Of a stretch of 64,000 nucleotides of DNA, positions 34,199-43,310 are shown one piece after another. This DNA comes from an uncultured Gemmatimonadales bacterium (GTDB lineage: Bacteria > Gemmatimonadota > Gemmatimonadetes > Gemmatimonadales > GWC2-71-9). A model generated the notes under the pieces. It searched no databases and was not told the DNA's origin. It saw only the letters and a list, made by a program, of their open reading frames with translations. The stretch lies in the NCBI GenBank assembly GCA_963728915.1, contig CAVSLV010000002.1:128001-192000 (forward strand). The letters run 5' to 3'. Each line of letters opens with the position of its first letter. The stretch's first letter is position 1. Position numbers and translations under genes: made by a program.

Positions 34199-34531
34199 TT
34201 AGGCAGCTACGCGAGTTGAACGATGTTGAAGGGCTTTACCCACATCGGCTGGGGTTGCTCCAAGGGTGACCAGGGCCTTCATGAGTAGGTCGATCGACAC
34301 CGAGCGATCTCCCGCTTCCATCTTCGCGACCCGTGACTGGCTGGACCCCAGCCGCTTGGCCACCGTCACCTGAGACAGGTGAAGGGCCTGCCGGCGCGCT
34401 CGCAGGGCTTGGCTCAACCGCAGTTTCATCTCCACCAGGGCCGCCTCTTCAGATGAAAGCCCGAGAAAGTCTGCCGCGGATCCAACACGCCAGCCATGGG
34501 CCTCCAGTTTGCTTTGTCTATGCTTCTCCAT
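34199..34531 (-). CDS. XRE HTH antitoxin
   Basis: GWRVGSAADFLGLS, SQSRVAKMEAGD and SIDLL. Confidence 0.88.
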   Translation of the reverse strand: MEKHRQSKLEAHGWRVGSAADFLGLSSEEAALVEMKLRLSQALRARRQALHLSQVTVAKRLGSSQSRVAKMEAGDRSVSIDLLMKALVTLGATPADVGKALQHRSTRVAA

Positions 34532-34534
34532 GCG

Positions 34535-34879
34535 TCAGTCCTCCTTCCTGGCTCGATCGTAGGCCCTCAGTCGTCGTTGGCACGTCTCGATCACCGCCTG
34601 AGGCATTGCCGCGGTCTTCTTACTAAAGACTTCCAGGATCACGACGGCGTCCGAGTCGAGCCGATACACAAGGCGCCACGTCGCTCTTGCGTCCGGGATT
34701 CGAAGCTCATGGCACCGCGGCCCGATTGAAGGCATCGGCCGGGAATGCGGCATGGCGAGCCTCTCCCCGGTTTGCAAGCGTCGCAGCAGGACCCCGGCTT
34801 CGATCCGGGCCTCCGCCGAGAATGGTGGGGTTTTGATCTCACCATGCAACCACACGAGCGGCTTGTCGCCTAGAGCCAT
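34535..34879 (-). CDS. RelE/ParE-superfamily toxin (Gp49-like)
   Basis: KTPPFS, SRPMPSIG..CHELRI, WRLVYR and EVFSKKT. Confidence 0.88.
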   Translation of the reverse strand: MALGDKPLVWLHGEIKTPPFSAEARIEAGVLLRRLQTGERLAMPHSRPMPSIGPRCHELRIPDARATWRLVYRLDSDAVVILEVFSKKTAAMPQAVIETCQRRLRAYDRARKED

Positions 34880-34919
34880 CAAGCAAGATATGTCATATCT
34901 GACATATGCGCAAGTAGCT

Positions 34920-34945
34920 GCCTAACCAGCGCTTGCTGCGGCCCA
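34920..34945 (+). repeat. attC: Truncated attC (left arm only)
   Basis: TAGCTGCCTAAC complements GTTAGGCAGCTA at 34198, followed by CAGCGCTTGC. No right arm is present. Confidence 0.7.
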
Positions 34946-35108
34946 GGACGACGGACTTGTGGGCCGAATCCGGGACCGCTACAAGGATCATACCCAGGAT
35001 ACAGGCAACATGAGGATCGTCAGTATCCGTCCAAGGCGGTCACGATCGACAACGCCTTGACCACAGCACCGAAGGGTTCGACGACAATCCATGACACTCT
35101 TACGCGCG

Positions 35109-35231
35109 GCATAACCCGCGCTTGGAGCCGCCGAGGGCGTCGGCGCGGCAGCAGCCGCACGGTATTTTGAATCTGCGAGGCAGTGCGGCTGCTGCCGTAC
35201 GCCCTCGCAGCTCAAGCGCAGAGCGTTATGC
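35109..35231 (+). repeat. attC: attC site
   Basis: GCATAAC...GTTATGC. Confidence 0.92.
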
Positions 35232-35291
35232 CGCCGGGATCCCTCCGAGTTCCAGTCTTGCGACTACTACGCCAATGGCTTAGTTTAGACA

Positions 35292-35609
35292 ATGCGCTTC
35301 GTCGAGACACCGGTATTCACCGCGGTCTTACGCCGACATCTCGAGGACGAGCAGTACCGGGCCTTACAGGTCTCCCTCGTCCTGCGACCGGAACAAGGTC
35401 CGCTGATCAAACGAGGAGCCGGCAGCCGCAAACTGCGGTGGCAGGCAACGGGTCGCGGGAAGCGTGGTGGGCTTCGAGTCATCTATTACTGGGCCGCTGA
35501 GGAAGAGCTTTTCTACATGCTCTATCTCTACGCCAAGAACGAGCAAGGCGACCTTACCCAGAATCAGATTCGCCAACTCGCCAGCCTTATTCGAAGGGAG
35601 TTCAAATGA
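35292..35609 (+). CDS. RelE-family toxin (HigB-2-like)
   Basis: FVETPVF, RKLRW..GRGKRGGLRVIYY and YAKNEQ. Confidence 0.9.
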   Translation: MRFVETPVFTAVLRRHLEDEQYRALQVSLVLRPEQGPLIKRGAGSRKLRWQATGRGKRGGLRVIYYWAAEEELFYMLYLYAKNEQGDLTQNQIRQLASLIRREFK

Positions 35610-35917
35610 AGGCCGCCGCATTCCGAGAGCTGCTCAAGAGTGTCAAACAGGCCGGTCAGATCCGCCGGGGTGAGTTGAAGCCGACTCGGGTCACGACGTT
35701 CAAGCCTCAGGACGTGAAGGCTGTGCGCACCGGGCTCGGTCAGACTCAGGAGGAATTTGCTCTCATGATCGGGGTCAGCGTTGCAACCCTCAGGAATTGG
35801 GAGCAGGGTCGACGGCATCCGGAAGGACCCGCGCTGGCTCTGCTTCGAGTGACCGCAAAGAACCCCAAGGCGGTCGCGGCTGCCCTCCACCGGAGTCCAG
35901 GACAAAGCGCGGCATAA
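35606..35917 (+). CDS. HTH antitoxin (HigA-2-like)
   Basis: TQEEFALMIGVSVATLRNWEQGRRHPEGPA. Confidence 0.9.
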   Translation: MKAAAFRELLKSVKQAGQIRRGELKPTRVTTFKPQDVKAVRTGLGQTQEEFALMIGVSVATLRNWEQGRRHPEGPALALLRVTAKNPKAVAAALHRSPGQSAA

Positions 35918-36032
35918 CCCGCGCTTGCAGCAGACCGGGGCGGAAGCGCGACGCAGCCGCGCGGGATATCTTCAGACCCGGATCGCGCGGCTGCGCCGCC
36001 CGCCCCGGCTGCTCAAGCGCAGAGCGTTAGAT
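35912..36032 (+). repeat. attC: attC site
   Basis: GCATAAC (complement of 35225)...GTTAGAT. Confidence 0.92.
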
Positions 36033-36061
36033 AGCCACACACATTGGGGCACTTAGAGCTC

Positions 36062-36817
36062 ATGAGGCGCGGCTTTCCTATCACGCACGCGGCGCGGGTC
36101 GTGCTCTTGTTTCTCGCCCTGACCGCCTGCGATCCACCGGTGCCGAGGGATGGGGTCCCGATTCTTCTGTTCATTGGCAACGGAACGTCGCCCGGGGACG
36201 TGGCGGCAGTCGAGCGCATCCTCGACCACAACCATCTTGAATACGCCACCGCGACGTCCCGGCAGCTGAACCGCATGCGCGCGTCCCAGCTCATGGCCTA
36301 CCGCCTGGTAATCGTTCCCGGCGGAGACTTCATCGACATGAGCGCTAGTCTCACGCCTCGCACGACAGCGGGTATTCACGCCGCGGTGCAGGGTGGCGTA
36401 AACTATCTCGGCATCTGCGCCGGAGCGTTCCTCGCCGGCGATGGGCGTGGCTATTACAACAGTTTTGATCTTACCTCGGGCGTGCGATTCGGCTTCTACG
36501 GGGCCGAAGGCCGAGGGATCCGGAAGGCCGCCGTCGAGATTACCGGCGTGAACGCCCCTCCGATGGAGCATTACTGGGAGGATGGTCCCGAGCTCACGGG
36601 CTGGGGCACGGTGGTCGGGAAGTATCCCGATGGGACGCCCGCCGTGGTCGAAGGGACCTCGGGCCAAGGATGGGTGATCCTGGCTGGCGTTCATCCTGAG
36701 GCCCCCGAGACGTGGCGGCGCGGACTGACCTTCACGACGCCAGCAACTGTCGCGAATGCCTATGCCGGAACGCTCGTGCAGGCGGCGTTGACCCGAACAT
36801 GGCTTCCGCACTACTGA
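36062..36817 (+). CDS. Cassette gene: BPL_N / class I glutamine amidotransferase-like lipoprotein
   Basis: LTAC lipobox, VPGG, YLGICAGAF and GVHPE. Confidence 0.8.
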   Translation: MRRGFPITHAARVVLLFLALTACDPPVPRDGVPILLFIGNGTSPGDVAAVERILDHNHLEYATATSRQLNRMRASQLMAYRLVIVPGGDFIDMSASLTPRTTAGIHAAVQGGVNYLGICAGAFLAGDGRGYYNSFDLTSGVRFGFYGAEGRGIRKAAVEITGVNAPPMEHYWEDGPELTGWGTVVGKYPDGTPAVVEGTSGQGWVILAGVHPEAPETWRRGLTFTTPATVANAYAGTLVQAALTRTWLPHY

Positions 36818-36885
36818 TCGACGTCGAGATTGTCCTCTGAGTGTACTGGCCCTGAGCTCTACAAGATGGGCTCCGAGTGACGGCT

Positions 36886-37005
36886 ATCTAACCCGCGCTT
36901 GCTGCTGGCGGGGCGTGAGCGCGGCGGCAGCCGCGCGAATAGATTCTCCTGTGGGACGCGCGGCTGCCGCCGCACGCCCCGCAGCAGAAGCGCAGGTCGT
37001 TATGC
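36886..37005 (+). repeat. attC: attC site
   Basis: GGCTATCTAAC complements GTTAGATAGCC, and the site ends GTTATGC. Confidence 0.92.
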
Positions 37006-37056
37006 GCACTTGGTCCTGGGTCTTAGCCACTAAGACCGGCTTGATGGTGAGGGACA

Positions 37057-37461
37057 ATGAACTCGGATTCCACGCTGCAGATCTCCGTCATGCTCGCAGT
37101 CGATGACGCCCCTGCCGCCCTTACATGGTACAAGCAGGCCTTGGGCGCCAAGGAATTATGGAACCTCGGTTCCGTCATCGGCATGGAAATCAATGGGGCG
37201 CCCGTCTTCCTCGGCGAGCCGGCGAACAATGGCTGGGAGTTACCAACGAAGCTCGGCGCTCCATCGGTGAGGATTGAGGTGTTCTGCGACGATCCCGACA
37301 CCTTCATCGCTCGCGCTCTGGCGGCCGGTGCAGACGGGAAGGACGATCACATTCGCAATCACGAGATGCCTTGGGGACTGCACCGGCAAGGGAGCTTCGT
37401 CGACCCCTTCGGCCACAAGTGGCTGGTTGGTGACAAGTCCCCCTTGACTCGACACCCGTGA
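37057..37461 (+). CDS. Cassette gene: VOC/glyoxalase (PhnB-like)
   Basis: WYKQALGA, RALAAGA and WG..QG..VDPFGHKW. Confidence 0.85.
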   Translation: MNSDSTLQISVMLAVDDAPAALTWYKQALGAKELWNLGSVIGMEINGAPVFLGEPANNGWELPTKLGAPSVRIEVFCDDPDTFIARALAAGADGKDDHIRNHEMPWGLHRQGSFVDPFGHKWLVGDKSPLTRHP

Positions 37462-37595
37462 GCAACCGCGCCGTCCGTTTCCACCGCTCTGCTAGCCTCA
37501 GCATTGCTCAGGGCTCGACGTTGTCCATCGGTCGACACAGATTCGGGTGTCCTGAACTCAACGCACTCGACCGGACCCCAATGTACAGTGGGGGC

Positions 37596-37712
37596 GCCTA
37601 ACCCGCGCTTGGAGCAGACCGGGGCGTCAGCGCGTCGCAGCCGCGCGGAGTCTTGTTTGCTGCCTGGATCGCGCGGCTGCCGCACGCCCTCGCAGCTCAA
37701 GCGCAGAGCGTT
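37596..37712 (+). repeat. attC: attC site with an IS110 element inserted at its GTT
   Basis: GCCTAAC...CTCAAGCGCAGAGCGTT. GTTAGGC resumes at 39259. Confidence 0.88.
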
Positions 37713-38110
37713 CTATGAGAGCGATTGTCAAGGACACACGCTCTCGCTCCTGATCGCGACGGCGCTTTTTCCGTGGCAATCCGCCCCGCTCGTTGCTTCG
37801 GTCTCGAGCGCTGGCGTGCCTGGCCCCGCGGGGCAGTCCGCTTCCGCATCGGTTCCTCCTCCGAGCTTCTCCCAATCCCTGATGGAACGCTCTCAGCGCG
37901 GGGATCCCAGGACCGCAGACCATGGTTCTAGCGGAGACTCGGCCCACCGGCCGGCCTGACGCTTCTTCGGGTCTTGCGAGGGGGCCTACAGTTAGGCGAG
38001 TGCCTCGGCTGACTGCGACCGGGCCGACGCTCTGCTTGAGACTGCCCCCCGCACCCCGGTCCGGGCATCGGGAGTCACGGGCGAAGGTCCCGGCCTACGC
38101 CACCGACTCC
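37713..38110 (-). ncRNA. Putative bridge RNA/seekRNA region of IS110 family A copy 2
   Basis: GTTAGGCG at 37991-37998 and GTTCTA at 37925-37930 are retained although neighbouring sequence diverges from copies 1 and 3. Confidence 0.65.
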
Positions 38111-38114
38111 CGGA

Positions 38115-39179
38115 CTAGTGCGCTTGGCGCGTCAGTTGAGCTGGATCGTAGCGCTCCCCTTTCTTCCACAGCCGCAGCGTGAGGGCGGCGAGCTTGCGGG
38201 TCAGGGTGACCCGGGCCAACTCGTCGCGCATGCCGCGCTTGACCATCCCCTGATAGAAGTCCTGCAGCGGGCCGGGACGCGCCGTCGCGGCGGTTGCCGC
38301 TCCCTTGAACACGTCTTTCACCACGCGATTGTGATTCCGATTGAGCCCGCGGGTCAACGCCGCCCGCCGGCGCCGGACCACTTGGCCGTGCCGCAGCTCG
38401 TGCTCGGCGCTCGAGCGGGTAACCACCGCTACCCCGGCATACGCCCAGAGGTGGCGCTTGGTCCGAAACCGCCACGGCGTCTGCAGCGTGGCGAGCAGCA
38501 GCGCCACCCGGACCGGTCCCAAATAGGGAATGGTGCGGAGCATCGACCACGCCGAATCCCGCCGTGCCTCGGCGAGCAGGGCCGCTTTGGCCCGGGGGCG
38601 CAGGGCCAGGAGGACATCGAGTTCGGTATATAAGGTCTCGGCCCGGAAGCGCACGCCCGGATCGGGCAGCTGCGCGAGCCAGCCCGAGCGGTAGACCGGC
38701 TGGTAGACCCGTGTCCCGGGAGTCGGGATGGCCCGGGCCCGAAAGAGCGCCTTGAGCCGGAGCATGACCCGGGTGGTGTCCTCGACCAGGTTGCGGTAGG
38801 TGCGGCTGAGCTCCTGGAGGGTGACCCGGTGCGGACTCCCGTGATAGACGGCGCGGAGCTCGCCCCGCCACAGCTGGGCCGACAACTGATCGGCATCGAC
38901 CCGATCGCCTTTGTTCCCCCGGCGTTTCTCCCCATGGCGGTCGCAGACCACGACCCGCTGCACGAGGGGCACCAGCAGATCGTGGAGCCACGGGGCCTGG
39001 GTCCCTTCTTCGAAGGCCACATGGACCGTGCCCCGCATGCTGCGGAAGAACTCGGTGAGCACCCGGCCCTCGGTTGGAAGGACCGTCCGGGCGATCACCT
39101 GGCCAGTCTCGGTGCGAACCGAGGCCTGGGTAGTTGCCTGATGCACATCGAGCGCCGCATACTTCGTAGCGTAGGTCAT
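38115..39179 (-). CDS. IS110-family DEDD recombinase (intact)
   Basis: ALDVH, FEEG, KGDRVDA, TRSSA and C-terminal TRKLA..LWKKGERYD. Confidence 0.92.
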   Translation of the reverse strand: MTYATKYAALDVHQATTQASVRTETGQVIARTVLPTEGRVLTEFFRSMRGTVHVAFEEGTQAPWLHDLLVPLVQRVVVCDRHGEKRRGNKGDRVDADQLSAQLWRGELRAVYHGSPHRVTLQELSRTYRNLVEDTTRVMLRLKALFRARAIPTPGTRVYQPVYRSGWLAQLPDPGVRFRAETLYTELDVLLALRPRAKAALLAEARRDSAWSMLRTIPYLGPVRVALLLATLQTPWRFRTKRHLWAYAGVAVVTRSSAEHELRHGQVVRRRRAALTRGLNRNHNRVVKDVFKGAATAATARPGPLQDFYQGMVKRGMRDELARVTLTRKLAALTLRLWKKGERYDPAQLTRQAH

Positions 39180-39386
39180 GAGAGCCGCTCCTGGGGACTG
39201 AGGTCCATGAGTCAGGGGTGACTGCATGGTAGCCCCAAGGGGCGTGCTCTCAACATGCGTTAGGCGGCCGCGTGAAGGTCATCTCCGTGGCAAGGCCACA
39301 TCCACGGACATCGAACGCGTATCGTGGCGGTTTCGACATCGCCTCGCAGTTTTGCGAACTAGACAGACGCCCTGGAGGCCGCGACC

Positions 39387-39968
39387 ATGATTCGAGCCAT
39401 CGGCACTTTGACCGCGACGCTGTGCGTTGCGACGACCATTTGTCTGGGACAGTCGCCCCCACCCGCGTCCGAAATGGTGAGCCTCACCAAGGCGCTCGCG
39501 GGAACATGGTCGGCGACGTACACCTTCATTCCTGAGTCACCCGCCACCGACAGCACCGCGCGCGGGGAAGTGACCTGGGAGTCTGGGCCAGGTGGGTTCA
39601 CGCTCCTCGAGAAAGAGCACGTGTCGAGGGTATTCGGCGAACAGTTCCTACTCCTTATCGTGTGGTGGAACGATAGCACGCACATTTTCCGGGGTATGCT
39701 GTGCAGCAACTCGGGTGTCGAGGCATGTGATGTGACCTCGTACGCCAATTCGGCCTTGTCATGGGATGGCAAGACGTTCATGCTCGACTTTCCGTTCACT
39801 GAAGGCAGCAGAAAGATGCGGTGGCACGGAGTCTGGTCCGACATCGCTGCAACCTCCTACACGGAAACGGGGGACGTGGGCGAAGCGGGTGGCACATTGA
39901 AGCGAGTGTTGACGATTCATGCGACACGCATCGCGCTGACGTCGCGCGATTCATCGCCAGCACACTGA
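39387..39968 (+). CDS. Cassette gene: secreted beta-barrel-like hypothetical protein (DUF1579-like)
   Basis: GGAGG RBS, signal peptide and LAGTW motif. Follows GTTAGGC at 39259. Confidence 0.65.
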   Translation: MIRAIGTLTATLCVATTICLGQSPPPASEMVSLTKALAGTWSATYTFIPESPATDSTARGEVTWESGPGGFTLLEKEHVSRVFGEQFLLLIVWWNDSTHIFRGMLCSNSGVEACDVTSYANSALSWDGKTFMLDFPFTEGSRKMRWHGVWSDIAATSYTETGDVGEAGGTLKRVLTIHATRIALTSRDSSPAH

Positions 39969-39979
39969 GATTCGGCGGT

Positions 39980-41086
39980 TTAGAGTCAACTTTGAACTGC
40001 AATGTTCGCCGCGGTAGCGGGTCTTTCGTCGTGGTTCAACGTTCATAGCATTCCTCCGGAGTGCGGTAGCCGAGCCGCTTGCGCGGGCGCTGGTTGAGCT
40101 TCCGAGCGATGACGGCGCAGTCCGACTGGCTGAGGTGGGCCATGCTGTGGGCTTTGGGCAGGTATTGCCGGAGCAAGCCGTTGGTGTTCTCGTTGGTGCC
40201 CCGTTCCCATGCATGGTGTGGCGTCGCAAAGTAGAAGCGGGCGGTGGTCGCTCGCTCGATCGCCGGGTAGCTGTGGAACTCGGTCCCGTTGTCCGCGGTG
40301 ATGGTATGCACCGGGTGGCGTTGCGCCCGAATCAGCTCAATCGCTCGGGCATTCAGCGCCGCCGTGGTCCGCTGCCGGAGGTGGCCTACCACGACATAAC
40401 CCGTCTTCCGTTCCACCAGACTCAGCACACAGGCGCCCGCCTGGCCCGCGCCGAGCAGGGTGTCGATCTCCCAATCCCCGATGCGACCGCGAGACGTCAC
40501 GATGGCTGGCCGGCTGGTAATCGGACGCTTCCCTCCCAGGCGGCCGCGCCGATCGTAGTAGCCATACCGCTTCCGGAAGCGCTTGGTGACTTGCCGGAGT
40601 TGGGTATGCAAGGTGCCGCCCGCTCGCTTGTCGGCCCAGAGATACCGATAGATCGTCTCATGGCTGATCCGAAGCCGGCCCTCGCGGCGGAGCCGTCCGG
40701 CGATCTGCTCCGGACTCCACTGCCGCTCGAGGCACTGGCGCACGAGATGCCAGGCGGCGGCGGTAAAGCGGCAGTTGCGTCGAGAGTGCGACCGGCGGCT
40801 CATCGCATACCAGTGGGCCAGCTGGGCACGGTAGTTCCCATCGTGTCGCGTGGCGTTGCGGCGTCGCTCCCGCCAAATGGTGCTCCGGTGCCGACCCAGG
40901 ACCCGACCGATCGTCCCATCCGAGCGGCCGAGCCAGGGCAGACAGGCGAGAGTATATCTTTCGTCGGCGGTGATCTGTCGATACATGGGAGGCCTCGTTC
41001 TCTTGGAGGAGAACCGAAGTCTACCGGCTCGGCAGGTCACCGTTCGTTCTGGAGCTCCAGGTGTTGCACTTAGTTTATGAATCCGC
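39980..41086 (-). mobile_element. IS30-family insertion sequence (ends approximate)
   Basis: Imperfect IRs GAGTCAACTTTGAACTGCAA / TTGCACTTAGTTTATGAATC around an IS30 transposase. Confidence 0.85.
40036..40986 (-). CDS. IS30 transposase
   Basis: WSPEQI, GDWEIDT, ITADNGTEF, WERGTNENTNGLLRQY and RPRKRLGY. Confidence 0.93.
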   Translation of the reverse strand: MYRQITADERYTLACLPWLGRSDGTIGRVLGRHRSTIWRERRRNATRHDGNYRAQLAHWYAMSRRSHSRRNCRFTAAAWHLVRQCLERQWSPEQIAGRLRREGRLRISHETIYRYLWADKRAGGTLHTQLRQVTKRFRKRYGYYDRRGRLGGKRPITSRPAIVTSRGRIGDWEIDTLLGAGQAGACVLSLVERKTGYVVVGHLRQRTTAALNARAIELIRAQRHPVHTITADNGTEFHSYPAIERATTARFYFATPHHAWERGTNENTNGLLRQYLPKAHSMAHLSQSDCAVIARKLNQRPRKRLGYRTPEECYER

Positions 41087-41132
41087 GTACTTCCATCTTG
41101 CCAATTGTATGTGATCAACATATACTTGAACC

Positions 41133-41441
41133 ATGCTCGACCTCGCGGCACTCCTCGCTGACGTCGAAGGGTTCGAGTGGGACGAGGGCAACACCGCGAA
41201 GAACGTGCTCGGCCACGGAACGAGCCAGGCGGAGGCGGAGGAAATGTTCTTTGTTGCTCCGATTGTGCTCCTTGAGGACGCCAAGCATTCGTTGGCCGAG
41301 CGCCGATATCTCATCTTTGGCCCGACGAGTGCGGGACGCCTGCTTGCTGCCGCATTTACGCTTCGGGACCAGCGCATCCGCGTCATTTCTTGTCGAGACA
41401 TGAGCCGTCAGGAGCGCCGTCGTTATGCCCAAGCCGACTAA
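41133..41441 (+). CDS. brnT: BrnT-family toxin
   Basis: FEWDEGN..KN..HG, HS..ERR and IRVISCR. Confidence 0.88.
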   Translation: MLDLAALLADVEGFEWDEGNTAKNVLGHGTSQAEAEEMFFVAPIVLLEDAKHSLAERRYLIFGPTSAGRLLAAAFTLRDQRIRVISCRDMSRQERRRYAQAD

Positions 41442-41787
41442 GCCACTCAAGCCGATTCCCAAGTTCCGCTCGCACGAGGAAGCCGGCGAGTTCTGGATGA
41501 CCCACGACACAACCGAGTATCTCGATTGGTCCACGGCGCAGCGCGTCCGGTTTGTGAACCTCCGGCCGTCTACGGCGACGATCTCGTTGCGATTGCCCCA
41601 AATGCTATTGGACGAACTCCGGATTCTCGCCAACCAGCGCGATGTTCCGTACCAAAGCCTGCTCAAGGTGTACCTGGCTGAGCGGATTGCTGCAGAGCGC
41701 GAACAACAGGCAATGTCGCGGCCTAACAAGCGTTTGCAGCCGCCGAAGGCTCGGCGCGGGCGGTCTCGAAAGGCCACGACCAAATGA
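41425..41787 (+). CDS. brnA: BrnA/CopG-type antitoxin (reads into attC)
   Basis: IPKFRS..E..EFW.THD, ISLRLP and DVPYQSLLK. Confidence 0.85.
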   Translation: MPKPTKPLKPIPKFRSHEEAGEFWMTHDTTEYLDWSTAQRVRFVNLRPSTATISLRLPQMLLDELRILANQRDVPYQSLLKVYLAERIAAEREQQAMSRPNKRLQPPKARRGRSRKATTK

Positions 41788-41820
41788 CGCCGCGCCTTCG
41801 CGGCTCAAGCGCAGGGCGTT
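41721..41820 (+). repeat. attC: attC site with an IS110 element inserted at its GTT
   Basis: GCCTAAC...CTCAAGCGCAGGGCGTT. GTTAGGC resumes at 43265. Confidence 0.88.
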
Positions 41821-43262
41821 CTATGAGAGCGATTGTCAAGGACACACTCGTTCCTCGCTGATGGCGAGGAGGTTTTCTTCCTGGCAATCAGCCCCGATCG
41901 TTTGCCGGTCGCAGCGGATGGGCGCTTGCGGGCCTGCCGGTCAGTCCGGTTCGGCATGCATCACCTCGCTTTTCCTCCCGATCCACACCAGACATCTCAA
42001 GCGTTGGGATCCCGGGACAGCAGACCATGGTTCTATCAGAGACTCGGCCTGGGGCCGGCCTGCGGCTTCTTCGGGTCTTGCGAGGGGGCCTACAGTTAGG
42101 CGAGTGCCTCGGCGACTGAAGCCGGGCCGACGACCTGCTTGAGACTGTCCCCCGCAACCGTGCCCGCGATCGGGAGGCGCCGGCGAGGGGATCCGCCCCC
42201 GCGCCCCCCGAGTGACCCGCGCCAGTTCCTCCCGCATCCCCCGAGCGACCATCGCCCGGTAGAACTCCTGGAGCGGGCCCGGCCGCGCCGTCGCCGCGGT
42301 CGCCGCCCCCTTGAACACGTCCTTCACCACGCGATTGTGATTGGGATTGAGCCCGCGGGTCAGCGGCGCCCGCCGGCGCCGCACCGGCCGCCCGTGCCGC
42401 AGCTCGTGCTCGGCGCTCGAGTGGGTCACCACCGCTAACCCGGCATACGCCCAGAGGTGCCGCTTGGTCCGAAACCGCCACGGCGTCTGCAGCGTGGCCA
42501 GCAGCAGCGCCACCCGGACCGGCCCCAGGAAGGGAATCGTCCGCAGCACCGCCCACGCCGGATCGCGCCGGGCTTCCGCGAGCATCGCCGCCTTGGCCTT
42601 CGGCCGCAGCGCCAGCAGGAGATCGAGCTCGCTATATAAGGTCTCGGCCCGGAAGCGGACGCCCCGATCCGCCAGCTGCGCCAACCAGCCCGCGCGGTGG
42701 GCCGCCTGGTAAACCTTGGTGCCGGGGGTCGGGATCGCCCGGGCGCGAAAGAGCGCCTTGAGCCGGAGCATCACCCGGGTCGTGTCTTCGACCAGGTTGC
42801 GATAGGCTCGGGTCAGCTCCTGGAGGGTGGCGCGGTGCGCGCTCCCGTGATAGACGGCGCGCAGGTCGCCCCGCCACAGCCGGGCCGAGAGCTGATCGGC
42901 ATCGACCCGATCGCCCTTGTTCCCCCGGCGTTTTTCCCCGTGGCGGTCGCAGACCACCACCCGCTGGACGAGGGGCACCAGCAGATCGTGAAGCCACTGG
43001 GCCTGGGTGCCTTCTTCGAATGCCACGTGAATCGCGCCGCGCATGCCGCGGAAGAACTCCGTCACCGCCCGGGCTTCCGTGGGCAGGATCGTCCGCGCGA
43101 TCACCTGGCCGGTCTCGGTGCGGACGGAGGCCAGGGTAGTTGCCTGATGGACATCGAGGGCCGCATACTTGGTAGCGCGTGTCATGAGAGCCGCTCCTTG
43201 GGGCTGGGGTCCATGGGTCTGGGGAGATTCCATGGTAGCCCCAAGGGGCGTGCTCTCAACAT
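41821..43262 (-). mobile_element. IS110/IS1111-type element, family A copy 3 (transposase C-terminally deleted)
   Basis: Near-identical to copy 1. The transposase starts at 43185, with guide matches at 42095-42102 and 42030-42036. Confidence 0.9.
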
Positions 43263-43310
43263 GCGTTAGGCGCGCAGAGAACAAGCATGGAGGCCAGATG
43301 AAGGAGCGCC

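Larger units (their letters stand above)
32746..34204 (+). repeat. attC: attC site interrupted by IS110 family B
   Basis: GCCTAACCC at 32746 rejoins GCGCTTGGAGCC at 34091 and ends GTTAGGC at 34198. Confidence 0.85.
37713..39256 (-). mobile_element. IS110/IS1111-type element, family A copy 2 (full length)
   Basis: Same ends and GCGTT flanks as copies 1 and 3, with an intact transposase. Confidence 0.92.
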
